A stretch of 64,000 bases of DNA from an uncultured Victivallales bacterium (GCA_944390795.1 CALXRI010000001.1:221979-285978); one strand, 5' to 3'. Counted from the stretch's first letter, positions 29,053 through 38,493 are shown. Translations and numbers: made by a program. Notes: generated from the sequence alone by a model not told the origin.

Positions 29053-32000
29053 ATGAAGAAAACGCTCTGCTGCGTCCTGTTCGCCCTTGCCTTTTTCTCG
29101 CATGCCGCACTGCATGCGAAGGAGTATCCCGTCTACCGGTTTTCCCGTCCGCCGGTGATCGATGGAAAACTGGATGACCGGGTCTGGAGGAAACTTCCCG
29201 AAGGCCGCGGATTCCTTGCCCTGGGGGGGAGGAATTCCTATGCAAAGGAACGCATGACAAACTTCCGGATCGGCTGGCATGGAGACCGCCTGTATCTTGC
29301 CGTGGAATGCGGAGAAGCGGATCTTCGCAATATCAAGGCCGTGGAGACCTACCGGGACGGCTGGTCGCTGGATGACGCCGTAGAACTTTTTTTCCTGCCG
29401 CGCGGGAAGGAGCGTTTCATGCAGCTTCTGGTCAACGCCAGGGGCGCGAGATGGGCGAAGGAGCAGGGCGCGGAACGCGAAACCGAACCGCCGTCGGACT
29501 GGATTGTCGCCGCCGGGCGGACCGGGGACGCATGGACGCTCGAAATGTCGATTCCGCTCCGTTTCCTCGGCGCGGACACGCTTGACGGAATGCGCTTCAA
29601 CATCGGGCGCAATATGCCGTCCGGAAGCCGGGGGGAGAAACACGCATGCTGGGCGCCGGTGCTGAGGGGATTCGCGGATGCGGAACATTTCGCCACATTG
29701 AAAAAACAGGAGTTCAACGGCCCCGCCGATCCGGAACTGGAAAGCCACGAACTGAACAAGGCGTATGATACGTTCCTGTTCCTGCGCCTCCGTGAAATCG
29801 CGCTCGGGGGACGGGCATATAAAGAGGTGGCGGCACGCTTTTCCTCCGCGCCGGATTTCGGGAAAGTCGCCGCCGCGAAAAGGAAAATTGCCGGAACGTA
29901 TCAGACGGTGTCCAAATCCGAATATGCCGCGCTGCTCCGGGAATGGGAAAACGCCGTTGCCGCCGTCAGCGTTCCGCGTCGCACCGTCGAATTCTCCCTG
30001 CGGAGCGAAGGATTGAAAAATACGGTTTTTCTCGTGAACGGGAAACCGGCGCTTCCGGAGAACGGGAAATACCGTTTCACACTGGAGGAGGGGGTGACCG
30101 CGCTCTGCCTGCAGACGGAAAAGGCTTCGGAAAACGCCTCCTGCAAATTTGATTTCAAGAACCTGCCGGAACTCAATCCCCGCTGGGCATACTCTCCGGA
30201 GGCGCCGGAAAACTGGACAAAAGTTGACTTCGACGACCGGACATGGAAGGCGATGCCGGAACGCTTCCGTTCGGAGAAAATCCATTTGAGGCAGCTTGTC
30301 ATCTGGAATCAGAAGCACGACGGACGGCTCCGCTGCATCAATCCGTCCGTTCACAGCTGGGGATTTTCCCTGAATTCCATGGAAGCGCTCTATCTCAGTC
30401 TCTATTCCCCGACCGGTCTGAAAGTGAATTCCTACGAATTTCAGCTGGATCTGCCCGAAGGATTCCGGCTGCTGGACATGGAGGAGGGCGCCCGGAGAAA
30501 CCGTCTGAGTCTTGCGCCGCGCAAGGTCCGGAGCGAACCTCTGACGATCGGCGGGAAAAAGTTCACTCGATATACGCTCCGTTATGCTTCCTCCGATATT
30601 GATGAATGGCGCACCGCCGATTCGCTGCTCGGAATTTCCAGGGACAATACCGGAAAAGCCGGTGACAGGGGAAATATCTTCTATTCCCGGCGGATCAACG
30701 GCAATGTGACGGAAATCACCGGCGCGCTGCCGTATCATCTTCTGCCGCCGATCAACGGCGGAAAATGCAGACATATGATTTTCTCGTTCTACATGGGAAA
30801 CATGCCGCAGGCGATGAGCCGTGAAATGACCGGCGCGGTGATCCGGTCCGCCGTCCGGGCCGGCGTGGATCTCTTTAAGCTGTATCCGAATAAAAGCGGC
30901 GTTCTCGAACTTGTTGCTGCCGGCGGAGGCGGCGTGATGTTCGGATTTCTGAATCACCCGATCTGGGGGCCGAAAGTCCAAAACGGCGCCGTTCTGCGCC
31001 TTTTCTCCGAACACCCGGATCTTTACGCGGAATATTTCTCGGGAAAACGCAGCAAGGAAAGTCCGCCCCGGACACCGCCTCATAAATGGAAGATTCAGTT
31101 CTGCCCGTCCCTCGTGATTTCCAGGTATGAAACGGCGTTCCGTGACGCGGTGAAGGAGGATTACCGGAATTTCTTCCGCGTGTATCCGAAGGCGAAATAT
31201 GTTTTCCTCAACTGGGAACAGGAACCGTGGACCGGAAACATCTATCAGAAGTCGACGAATCCCGAAAACGCCTTCTGCTTCTGCGCGCTCTGCAAGGAGA
31301 ATTTCCGGAAATACATGAAACTTCCGCCGTCCGCCGATCTTTCCAATCCCGTCATTTTCCGGAAATACTATGAAGAGTGGCGAAAGTTCCGTTACGCGCA
31401 GGACGCCGCCGTCCACAGAATCGTCGTCGATGCCATTCATTCGCTCGGGAAGGAAGTGCTCTTCTACTCCTGGAGCAATCATTTCGGCTACTGGGAGGCT
31501 GCACGCGACATTCCGTACCGGGTTTTTCTCGGGTGTCCCGGAAACGGAAGCGCGGACAGCCGTCAGCAGATCGGCATGGACGATTACATGAAATTTCACC
31601 GGGGAAAACTCGGGCGGAAAAACATCGTCGGACAGCGTTTCGTCTTCTTCCCGCAGACCTACGGCTGGAATACGGAAAGGAAGGAAGGGTGGCTCCAATT
31701 CAAGGTCATGTCGCATGACGGATATCTGCATCCGGAAACCTGGAAGAGCGAGACCATCCGGATTCTGGCGGCTCTTCAGGGCGGTCTGGATTTCCAGAAC
31801 CCGCTGGAAATGGCTGCCGGCGTCAAGTATTATGTCGGCGAGGCGACGCGCATGATCGCGCAGTACGAGCACATTTTCTGGAACGGCAGGCGCAATGACA
31901 AAGCGGCGGTTTCAAAAGAGATTGCGTATCCCGATCTGCTGGTGCTGGAACATGGCGCGGAGCGTCTTGTCCTGCTGTTCAACGAATCCGCCGCACCGAA

Positions 32001-32139
32001 ACGCGTCACGCTGAAAAATACCGGGATCCGGAAGGGGCAGACCGCACGCGCCTATTATTCCGGCAGGACATTCGACAATCCTGAAAACATTGCATTGACC
32101 ATTCCCGCAAACGATGCGGAGGTCATTCATATTCAATAA
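29053..32139 (+). CDS. Large secreted protein: N-terminal CBM9/DOMON-like domain plus glycoside-hydrolase-like (possibly DUF4838-related) region
   Basis: Signal peptide MKKTLCCVLFALAFFSHAALHA. PPVIDGKLDDRVWRKLPE..GDRLYLAVEC..DDAVELFF is typical of CBM9-like domains. An FCFCALCKENF motif is also present. Confidence 0.65.
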   Translation: MKKTLCCVLFALAFFSHAALHAKEYPVYRFSRPPVIDGKLDDRVWRKLPEGRGFLALGGRNSYAKERMTNFRIGWHGDRLYLAVECGEADLRNIKAVETYRDGWSLDDAVELFFLPRGKERFMQLLVNARGARWAKEQGAERETEPPSDWIVAAGRTGDAWTLEMSIPLRFLGADTLDGMRFNIGRNMPSGSRGEKHACWAPVLRGFADAEHFATLKKQEFNGPADPELESHELNKAYDTFLFLRLREIALGGRAYKEVAARFSSAPDFGKVAAAKRKIAGTYQTVSKSEYAALLREWENAVAAVSVPRRTVEFSLRSEGLKNTVFLVNGKPALPENGKYRFTLEEGVTALCLQTEKASENASCKFDFKNLPELNPRWAYSPEAPENWTKVDFDDRTWKAMPERFRSEKIHLRQLVIWNQKHDGRLRCINPSVHSWGFSLNSMEALYLSLYSPTGLKVNSYEFQLDLPEGFRLLDMEEGARRNRLSLAPRKVRSEPLTIGGKKFTRYTLRYASSDIDEWRTADSLLGISRDNTGKAGDRGNIFYSRRINGNVTEITGALPYHLLPPINGGKCRHMIFSFYMGNMPQAMSREMTGAVIRSAVRAGVDLFKLYPNKSGVLELVAAGGGGVMFGFLNHPIWGPKVQNGAVLRLFSEHPDLYAEYFSGKRSKESPPRTPPHKWKIQFCPSLVISRYETAFRDAVKEDYRNFFRVYPKAKYVFLNWEQEPWTGNIYQKSTNPENAFCFCALCKENFRKYMKLPPSADLSNPVIFRKYYEEWRKFRYAQDAAVHRIVVDAIHSLGKEVLFYSWSNHFGYWEAARDIPYRVFLGCPGNGSADSRQQIGMDDYMKFHRGKLGRKNIVGQRFVFFPQTYGWNTERKEGWLQFKVMSHDGYLHPETWKSETIRILAALQGGLDFQNPLEMAAGVKYYVGEATRMIAQYEHIFWNGRRNDKAAVSKEIAYPDLLVLEHGAERLVLLFNESAAPKRVTLKNTGIRKGQTARAYYSGRTFDNPENIALTIPANDAEVIHIQ

Positions 32140-32156
32140 TACAGGAGGAAATGAAC

Positions 32157-32711
32157 ATGAAAAGGCTAATTGCAATCGGAACAATCGCCCTCTGCTGCAC
32201 ATTCGGACTTGCCGCCGGTGACAGCATCGAAACAACACAGATCAGCAACGACAATTCCTTCGACAAGGTGCTGCAATACTGGCGGGCCAATCAGGGACAG
32301 ATGAAAAAGCGTCCGGGCGGAGCCATCACACAGGATCCGGGCGGCAGAAACGGTTCCTGCATGCGGATCACCAATACCCCGGCGGGATTTGTTGCGCTTT
32401 ATTCCGCGGCGCTCATTCCGATGGATAAAAAGACGGACACCTTCAAATTGTCTCTCTGGGTTTGCGGGAAGGGCGCATTTCGGATCGGATTCTACAGCTA
32501 TGACGCGAAGAAAAAATACGTCAGTTCCGAACTGGAAGGGGCGACGGCGGTCGACAGCGGGGAATGGATCCGGAAAGAATATACGATTCCCGCTTCAAAG
32601 TTCCGGGGGGCTCCGGAATATGTCCGGATTGCCATTGAGGTCAATCCCGGCACGGCGGATCTCCGCTTTGATGACTTTTCCGGGGTCAGGGAAACACGGC
32701 TTGTTCCATAG
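32157..32711 (+). CDS. Small secreted protein, probable beta-sandwich (CBM-like)
   Basis: MKRLIAIGTIALCCTFGLAAG signal peptide. AGGAGG lies 7 nt before ATG 32157; the track start at 32151 is too close to the RBS. Confidence 0.55.
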   Translation: MKRLIAIGTIALCCTFGLAAGDSIETTQISNDNSFDKVLQYWRANQGQMKKRPGGAITQDPGGRNGSCMRITNTPAGFVALYSAALIPMDKKTDTFKLSLWVCGKGAFRIGFYSYDAKKKYVSSELEGATAVDSGEWIRKEYTIPASKFRGAPEYVRIAIEVNPGTADLRFDDFSGVRETRLVP

Positions 32712-32912
32712 GGCCGTTTCTCAGCTCTGTTGATTCTGGAGAAAATTTTCCTCCGGGAGCGGACCCGGTTTTGTCTTGGCAACCGGGATGTTCCTGAAAT
32801 ACAGCTCATGGAAACTATATCGCTATGTTTTTTGAAAGTCTTTCCGGGTTCAAAACGGGAAATATTTTTGAAAAAATTTTTCTTTTTCCCGGAAAAAGTG
32901 ATTCGGACTCTC

Positions 32913-32941
32913 TTGCGGAAAAGGAGTTTTCCGCATATAAT
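32913..32941 (+). promoter_or_regulatory. Putative promoter
   Basis: TTGCGG - 17 nt - TATAAT. The spacer itself forms the hairpin GCGGAAAA-GGAG-TTTTCCGC. Confidence 0.4.
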
Positions 32942-32993
32942 CAAATACAGAGAACGTTTGGAATCAATGACGGAATACAGAAAGGGAAACGCA

Positions 32994-33785
32994 ATGCAAA
33001 CGGGTAAAACAATTCTCGGAACTCTGGCTTTGCTTGCAGCGGGAACACTTGCTGCGCAGACAGTCACCTTCAATGAACTCGCGGACTGGAAGAGCTCGAG
33101 GAAAAACACTGTCACGCTGTCCGATGGAGTCTTCCGGGTAACCGGCAACATTTCCATGATCTCCACGAAGAGATTTGACGTTGATCCCGCCAGGACCTAT
33201 ACCCTGAAAGCCATGGCGAAAACGACCGGAACGGAAAAATCCATGTTCTATTTCGGATTTTATCTGTATGACGCGAACGGGAAGCAGATTGCCACCAAAA
33301 TGACCAATGTCATCCCGCAGACCGATACGGAACTGACCGCTCCCGCGAAAAAAGGCGATACCGTCATGAAGGTGAAGGACGCTTCGAAGTGGAAAAAACG
33401 GAACTGGTTCGGCTTTGTCTACAACTCCGATCCGTCCTTCAGCGATCTGCCGAACCGCAATTATGTTCCCGGCGGGATCAAGGAGGCGAAACAGGAAGGC
33501 GGCGCCTGGACGGTGACCCTTGCCAAACCGCTGCCCGTCGATCTTGCGGCCGGCACCAAAGTCCGTCAGCACTCCGACGGCGGCTATATGTATACCGGAA
33601 AATCCGGTCAGCTGACCGGGGAGTGGAAAACCTTTACGGGCTCCGCAAAGGGGATGCTGAAATCCGGATTCAATTATGCCAAATTCGCTCCGGGAACGGC
33701 GAAAGTTTCTCTGATCATGCTGGTCAACTGGGGCAATCCGAAGGCCACGGCTGAAATCAAGGACATTTCTCTGGAAATCAAATAA
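32994..33785 (+). CDS. Secreted protein, probable beta-sandwich (CBM-like)
   Basis: MQTGKTILGTLALLAAGTLAAQ signal peptide. RBS AAGGGA. The upstream part of the track ORF (32730..) lacks coding features. Confidence 0.55.
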   Translation: MQTGKTILGTLALLAAGTLAAQTVTFNELADWKSSRKNTVTLSDGVFRVTGNISMISTKRFDVDPARTYTLKAMAKTTGTEKSMFYFGFYLYDANGKQIATKMTNVIPQTDTELTAPAKKGDTVMKVKDASKWKKRNWFGFVYNSDPSFSDLPNRNYVPGGIKEAKQEGGAWTVTLAKPLPVDLAAGTKVRQHSDGGYMYTGKSGQLTGEWKTFTGSAKGMLKSGFNYAKFAPGTAKVSLIMLVNWGNPKATAEIKDISLEIK

Positions 33786-33808
33786 GCGTTTCCGATCCGG
33801 TACATCTG

Positions 33809-33838
33809 CACCTCCGCGGACCGCGGAGGTGTTTTTTT
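33809..33838 (+). terminator. Rho-independent terminator
   Basis: CACCTCCGC-GGACC-GCGGAGGTG followed by TTTTTTT. Confidence 0.8.
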
Positions 33839-33903
33839 GTATCCGCACTGGCTGAAACGGATACAAACTCTTTCCGCTTCATGATATGGAAACGGAAACA
33901 TGT

Positions 33904-34626
33904 TCAGCAGGCGGATGGAGTTCCGGCAAAGCGGTCCATCAGAATCGCGATTCCGCAGACGGCGGCGGTTTCCACGCGGAGCGTCCAGTTTCCGAAATGG
34001 AACGCACGGAATCCGGCGCGGCGCATCAGCTCCTCCTCTTCGGCGGTGAATCCGCCCTCGGGACCGACAAACCATGCGGCGGACCGGCAGACGGAAGGAG
34101 CCGTCTCATTCCCGCAGCCGGAGACGGAACCGAAAAAAACGGCTTCGCAACGGTCCGAAGCATCCCGCACCGCATCGGGGAAGCGCATGCTCGCACCGGT
34201 TTCCGGTACGAATGCATTGCCGGACTGTTTGCAGCCTTCAAACATCAGCTCCGTCCAGCGTCCGGACACGGCGTCTTCATCCGGCAGGGAAACGGAACGC
34301 GCGCAGACCATCGGCACGATTCTCCGGACGCCGAGCTCCGCACACTGCTTCAGAATCTGATCCATTTTCTGCCGGCGCGGCGGAGCGAGATAGAGATGCA
34401 CGGCGAGTCCGGGAGGACGCTGCACGGTCCGGCGCGAACGCAGAATCAGCGATTTCCCGGCGGCGACCTCCGCCTCTCCGACGCATCCTCTGCCGTCCAT
34501 CAGGATGCATCGGTCCCCTTCGGCGGCACGCAATGTCCGGAAAAAATGCGCGTTCTCGCCCTTTTCCAGCCGGACGAAACTCCCAGGCGCGAGTTCTGCA
34601 AGTTCGTCGCAGCGGAACCTATGCAT
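33904..34626 (-). CDS. rsmE: 16S rRNA (uracil1498-N3)-methyltransferase
   Basis: MHRF..N-terminal PUA-like region and the C-terminal GPEGGFTAEE motif. Overlaps the murG stop by 8 nt. Confidence 0.85.
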   Translation of the reverse strand: MHRFRCDELAELAPGSFVRLEKGENAHFFRTLRAAEGDRCILMDGRGCVGEAEVAAGKSLILRSRRTVQRPPGLAVHLYLAPPRRQKMDQILKQCAELGVRRIVPMVCARSVSLPDEDAVSGRWTELMFEGCKQSGNAFVPETGASMRFPDAVRDASDRCEAVFFGSVSGCGNETAPSVCRSAAWFVGPEGGFTAEEEELMRRAGFRAFHFGNWTLRVETAAVCGIAILMDRFAGTPSAC

Positions 34627-35770
34627 GGCATTTCCCTTCTCCGGCGCGGGCGGCCGAAACGATATTTACCATCATGTCGAGAATGCGTCGGGACGCATCC
34701 GGAATCGCGATGGCGGCAAGTTTTTGCGACGCTTCGCGGTATGATCCGGGGTTTTCCAGGAAATTCCGCAGAATCTCGTTGAATGTTTCAGGCGAGCACT
34801 CCGCGTCCGGCAGGATCCGCGCTCCTCCTGAGGAGGCAAGCCAGCGGGCGTTGTCGAACTGGTGGTTCTCCGCCGCAAAAGGATAGGGAACGACAACGGC
34901 GTATTTCCCGAAATAGGCGAGTTCCGAGACGGTGCTTCCTCCCGCCCGGCAGAAAATCAGGTCGGCGGCGGAATAAAAAAGATGCATGTCGGAGGACGAT
35001 TCCAGAAGAAGCGTGCGGTTCGGCAGAGCCGCGTAATACTCTCTGAGTTCCTCCATCTTTCCCGGTCCCGTGAGATGAATCACCTGAATTGCCGCACCGC
35101 CCGGAAGTCCGGCGGCGACCCGCCCCGAACGGTTGACGGACGCCGCGCCGAGGGAACCGCCGAACACAAGGAGTGTCGGCGCGTCCGGCAGGAATCCGGC
35201 GTTCCAGCGGCGGTTGATCTCGCTGATCGCCTCCGTTTTTGTCATTTTTCCGGCCAGGAGCTCCTGTCGGAGCGGCATTCCCGTCTGGATGACCGGACAT
35301 TTGCAGTGCGCTCCGTCCGGAGACGGAAACGAGAGCGCCAGCGCCTTTGCGTAACGGCTGAGAAACTTGTTCGCCTTTCCAAGCCGCGCGTTGCCGTCAT
35401 GAAGAAACAGCGGAATGCCGAGCGCCTTTGCGGCAAAGGCCGCGGGCAGGGAGGCGAAGCTTCCCATGCAGAGCACCGCCTGCGGTCTGAATTCCCGGAA
35501 AACACGGATGCAGAGGATTCCGCCGCGGAGAAACGCCAGAAGAAAGCGCAGAAATTTCCATGGATTTTTCGAAAGGGGCAGCGCGGGCGTCCGAACCGTT
35601 TCCACGCCGTATCCGCGGGCGATTTCCGCCTGTTTCGGCGCATTTTTCCCGCCGAGGACCAGAAGCGCCTTTCCGCCTCCTGCGTTCAGTTCGCGCGCCA
35701 CGCTCAGACCGGGATAAAAATGTCCGCCCGTTCCGCCGCAGCTGACCGCAATTCGATTCAATTCCGTCAT
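34619..35770 (-). CDS. murG: Lipid II-forming UDP-GlcNAc transferase
   Basis: GGTGGHFYPGLSVAREL and the C-terminal CRAGGSTVSE motif. Confidence 0.9.
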   Translation of the reverse strand: MTELNRIAVSCGGTGGHFYPGLSVARELNAGGGKALLVLGGKNAPKQAEIARGYGVETVRTPALPLSKNPWKFLRFLLAFLRGGILCIRVFREFRPQAVLCMGSFASLPAAFAAKALGIPLFLHDGNARLGKANKFLSRYAKALALSFPSPDGAHCKCPVIQTGMPLRQELLAGKMTKTEAISEINRRWNAGFLPDAPTLLVFGGSLGAASVNRSGRVAAGLPGGAAIQVIHLTGPGKMEELREYYAALPNRTLLLESSSDMHLFYSAADLIFCRAGGSTVSELAYFGKYAVVVPYPFAAENHQFDNARWLASSGGARILPDAECSPETFNEILRNFLENPGSYREASQKLAAIAIPDASRRILDMMVNIVSAARAGEGKCHA

Positions 35771-35782
35771 AGGACAACTCTC

Positions 35783-36988
35783 TTATTTTTTATGGAAAGG
35801 ATTCCAGCGGTTGACTGTTTCGCGGATTTTCGCCGCGAGAGCCAGATGATAGTCGGGATAGGCCGCGTCCAGCGCGACGCTGATGATGAGTCCGGTTGCG
35901 ACCAGACACGACACCAGGCTGCTGCCGCCGTAACTGATGAACGGCGCCGGCATTCCCTTGGTCGGCCACGCGCCGGAAATCACGCCGATGTTGATGATCG
36001 CCTGCATCGCGATGAAAGTGGTAAGTCCGAACGCCAGCAGAATGCCCTGGCGCGTCCTCGCGCGGACGCTGATGGCAATCGCAAGCGTCACGAACGCCGC
36101 ATAGGCGAGAATGACCACGCACATCCAGATGTAACCCAGCTCCTCGCCGACAATCGACAGAATGAAATCCGTATGAGCTTCCGGAAGATATTTGTGTTTG
36201 AGGCGGCTTTCCGCGAATCCCACGCCGGTCCAGTTGCCGGATCCGAGCGCCAGAAGCGACAGCCAGAGCTGATAGCCGGAACCGGATTGCGTCAGCTCCG
36301 GATCGGTGAATGTCGTCAGGCGCGCCAGGCGGTACGGACTGAACCATTTAATCAGGTAGTATCCGAGCGGCACCCCGATCAGCGGCCATGGCAGAAGGCA
36401 CAGCAAACGGACGCCGCAGGCATAGAGCATTGCGAAAAACACAATAATCAGAAGCACGGTCGTCCCGAGATCCTTTCCGATGAAGACCAGGCCCATCACC
36501 GGGGCGCAGATGACGGCGCTGGCGAAAAAGAACTTCCAAGGAGAGGTTTCCACCATTTTCACGCTGTCCGAACACCATTTCGCCAGAAACAGAGCCAGAA
36601 CCACTTTCGCGTATTCCGACGGCTGAATGTTGCCGATTCCGGGAATCTGAATCCAGCGTCGTGCGCCGTTGATCGGCTTGAACATCAGCGCGACAACCAG
36701 CAGCGCGCAGATGGCGAGCATCAGAATCCAGCTCCAGTCGGAGATCCGCTTGTAACCGATCAGGAGGACCGCTCCGAATCCGGTCATCCCGACGCATCCC
36801 CACATGATCTGCCGCATGAAGTAGGAGGCTCCAGCGATTCCGAACGAGGTCGAATACAGAACGGCAAGTCCGAACAGCAGCAGCATGACGGTTGTCACGC
36901 AGAGCGCGGCGGCTTCCGCCAGAGGCGGTTCCCGCTGCTGCAGCGGAGCGATTTCCGTTTCCGTTTTTTTTGAAAACCTCGGTTTCAT
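35783..36988 (-). CDS. ftsW: SEDS-family peptidoglycan polymerase (FtsW/RodA)
   Basis: 10-TM protein with IQPSEYAKV and GMPAPFISYGGSS motifs. Called ftsW rather than rodA only because it sits next to murG. Confidence 0.8.
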   Translation of the reverse strand: MKPRFSKKTETEIAPLQQREPPLAEAAALCVTTVMLLLFGLAVLYSTSFGIAGASYFMRQIMWGCVGMTGFGAVLLIGYKRISDWSWILMLAICALLVVALMFKPINGARRWIQIPGIGNIQPSEYAKVVLALFLAKWCSDSVKMVETSPWKFFFASAVICAPVMGLVFIGKDLGTTVLLIIVFFAMLYACGVRLLCLLPWPLIGVPLGYYLIKWFSPYRLARLTTFTDPELTQSGSGYQLWLSLLALGSGNWTGVGFAESRLKHKYLPEAHTDFILSIVGEELGYIWMCVVILAYAAFVTLAIAISVRARTRQGILLAFGLTTFIAMQAIINIGVISGAWPTKGMPAPFISYGGSSLVSCLVATGLIISVALDAAYPDYHLALAAKIRETVNRWNPFHKK

Positions 36989-37176
36989 TCAAGCATCATG
37001 AACTCCGGATGCCGGTATTTTGCAGAAAACAAGCGATATATCATGGCCGCCCGCCGGAAGCGCCGGCGTCTTTTTCCGGGATCCGGCCATTTACGGCGAA
37101 ATGTAATGGCTCAAACGCCGACTTTCAAGGTGAAGAGAAAAGAAAAGCCGCATTCCCTTCCGGAGAGGATACGGAT

Positions 37177-37902
37177 TCAGTCTTCGGAGTCGGAAACGCT
37201 TGTCCGGCGGGAAAGAATCACGACGCATTCGCCTTTCCATGCGCGTTCCGCTGTTTCTTCCGAAAGCTCTCCGAGTGTGCCGCGAAGAACCTCCTCGTGA
37301 ATTTTCGTCGCTTCCCGGATGATGGCGGCATGAGCGTCCGGTCCCGCCGCGTCCCGAAGCTCCCGGATCAGTTTCGCCAGGCGATAGGGGGATTCAAAAA
37401 TCACAACACTCTTGTTTTCCGCGGCGATTTCGGCAATTCTTGCGGCGCGGCGGCCGCTTTTGACGGGAAGAAAGCCGTAGAATGCAAATCTGTCGGAAGG
37501 CAGGCCGCTTGCGGCGATTGCAAAAGTCAGAGAGGACACTCCGGGAATGATCTGCGGTTCGATTCCGGCTTTGACCGCTTCCCGGACCAGCAGAAAACCT
37601 GGATCCGCGACACACGGCGTGCCCGCATCTGTCACAAGGGCGATTTTTTCCCCTGCCTGAACACGGGCGAGCAGCTCCGGGGTCCGGCCGTGTTCATTGA
37701 AGGAATGATAGGATTCCAGGTGTCCGGAGATGTCATAGCGGGAAAGCAGGATTTTTGTCCGGCGGGTGTCCTCGGCAAAAATCACATCGCACTCCCGCAG
37801 GACATTCACGGCGCGGAAAGTCATGTCATCCAGATTTCCGATCGGGGTGGAGACTAGAAAAAGCGTTCCGCAGGAACGCTTTATTTCAGACGGGCATGCC
37901 AT
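37177..37902 (-). CDS. rsmI: 16S rRNA (cytidine1402-2'-O)-methyltransferase
   Basis: GTLFLVSTPIGNLDDMTFRAVNVLRECDVIFAEDTR (tetrapyrrole-methylase fold). Confidence 0.9.
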   Translation of the reverse strand: MACPSEIKRSCGTLFLVSTPIGNLDDMTFRAVNVLRECDVIFAEDTRRTKILLSRYDISGHLESYHSFNEHGRTPELLARVQAGEKIALVTDAGTPCVADPGFLLVREAVKAGIEPQIIPGVSSLTFAIAASGLPSDRFAFYGFLPVKSGRRAARIAEIAAENKSVVIFESPYRLAKLIRELRDAAGPDAHAAIIREATKIHEEVLRGTLGELSEETAERAWKGECVVILSRRTSVSDSED

Positions 37903-37925
37903 TCCGGTTCTCCGCCGGCATCTGC

Positions 37926-38138
37926 CTAATGCCTGTTTTCCCAGTACTCGGCCTTCATTTTTTCCAGGAGAAGACCGACCTGATCCAGGTCAATCGGCGT
38001 GAACCCTTTTTCTTCAAGAGAAGCGCAAAATACCAGCCAGTCCTGATGGTTCCATTCGCCTTCATGGAGCTTGACAAAGTCCATGGGAAGACTGGTTTTC
38101 GCCAGTCTTGTCAGATTTACTTCCGCATTTGATGGCAT
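37926..38138 (-). CDS. Hypothetical 70-aa protein
   Basis: MPSNAEVNLTRLAKTSLPMDFVKLHEGEWNHQDW.. with a strong RBS (GAGAGGAG) before ATG 38138. Lies 23 nt upstream of rsmI. No family recognised. Confidence 0.5.
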   Translation of the reverse strand: MPSNAEVNLTRLAKTSLPMDFVKLHEGEWNHQDWLVFCASLEEKGFTPIDLDQVGLLLEKMKAEYWENRH

Positions 38139-38194
38139 AATGCTCCTCTCAGTTTGTTTATCCGAAATTAGTCGAGACAATTTCGCCATATTGT

Positions 38195-38222
38195 AATTTA
38201 CAGCTGAAAATAGAAAAGTCAA
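38195..38222 (-). promoter_or_regulatory. Sigma70-type promoter for the small ORF and rsmI
   Basis: On the minus strand: TTGACT - 16 nt - TAAATT. Confidence 0.5.
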
Positions 38223-38493
38223 GAAAAATTGCCGGATTAATGGAAAAACAGGCGAAATTACTGGAAGTCAAGGCAGAACTTGTTGAAATTTAATGACTTG
38301 AAAAAGTTGCTATTGCTGTTTCAAAAGGAAAAAGTCGGAAAAAAAGGAAAAATTCCGAAACTGGTTTATAACTTATTAATAATTAATGTATTAAGGAATA
38401 AAAATCCTCCCTTTTTCCGAACCCCGCAGAGAGTCCGGACTACGGGAGAAAATGAGGTTTGGAATGTTCTTTCCCCACCTGTCATCCGCCCTG

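Noticed and set aside
29005-31872. 955-aa minus-strand ORF. The same judgement applies to 17148..19316 (-), 34862..36973 (+), 40579..42513 (+), 8..9 kb (-), 47642..48790 (-) and 51726..53087 (-)
   Set aside because: Each is antisense to a gene with a signal peptide or conserved motifs (the CBM9-like protein, hppA, murG/ftsW, the giant enzyme, dgt, the 572-aa protein, rho). None shows family motifs.
37040-37075. Hairpin CGCCGG-AAGCG-CCGGCG followed by TCTTTTTCC as a terminator between rsmI and ftsW
   Set aside because: The T-run follows the stem only on the plus strand, whereas both flanking genes are on the minus strand. On the minus strand no U-tract follows.
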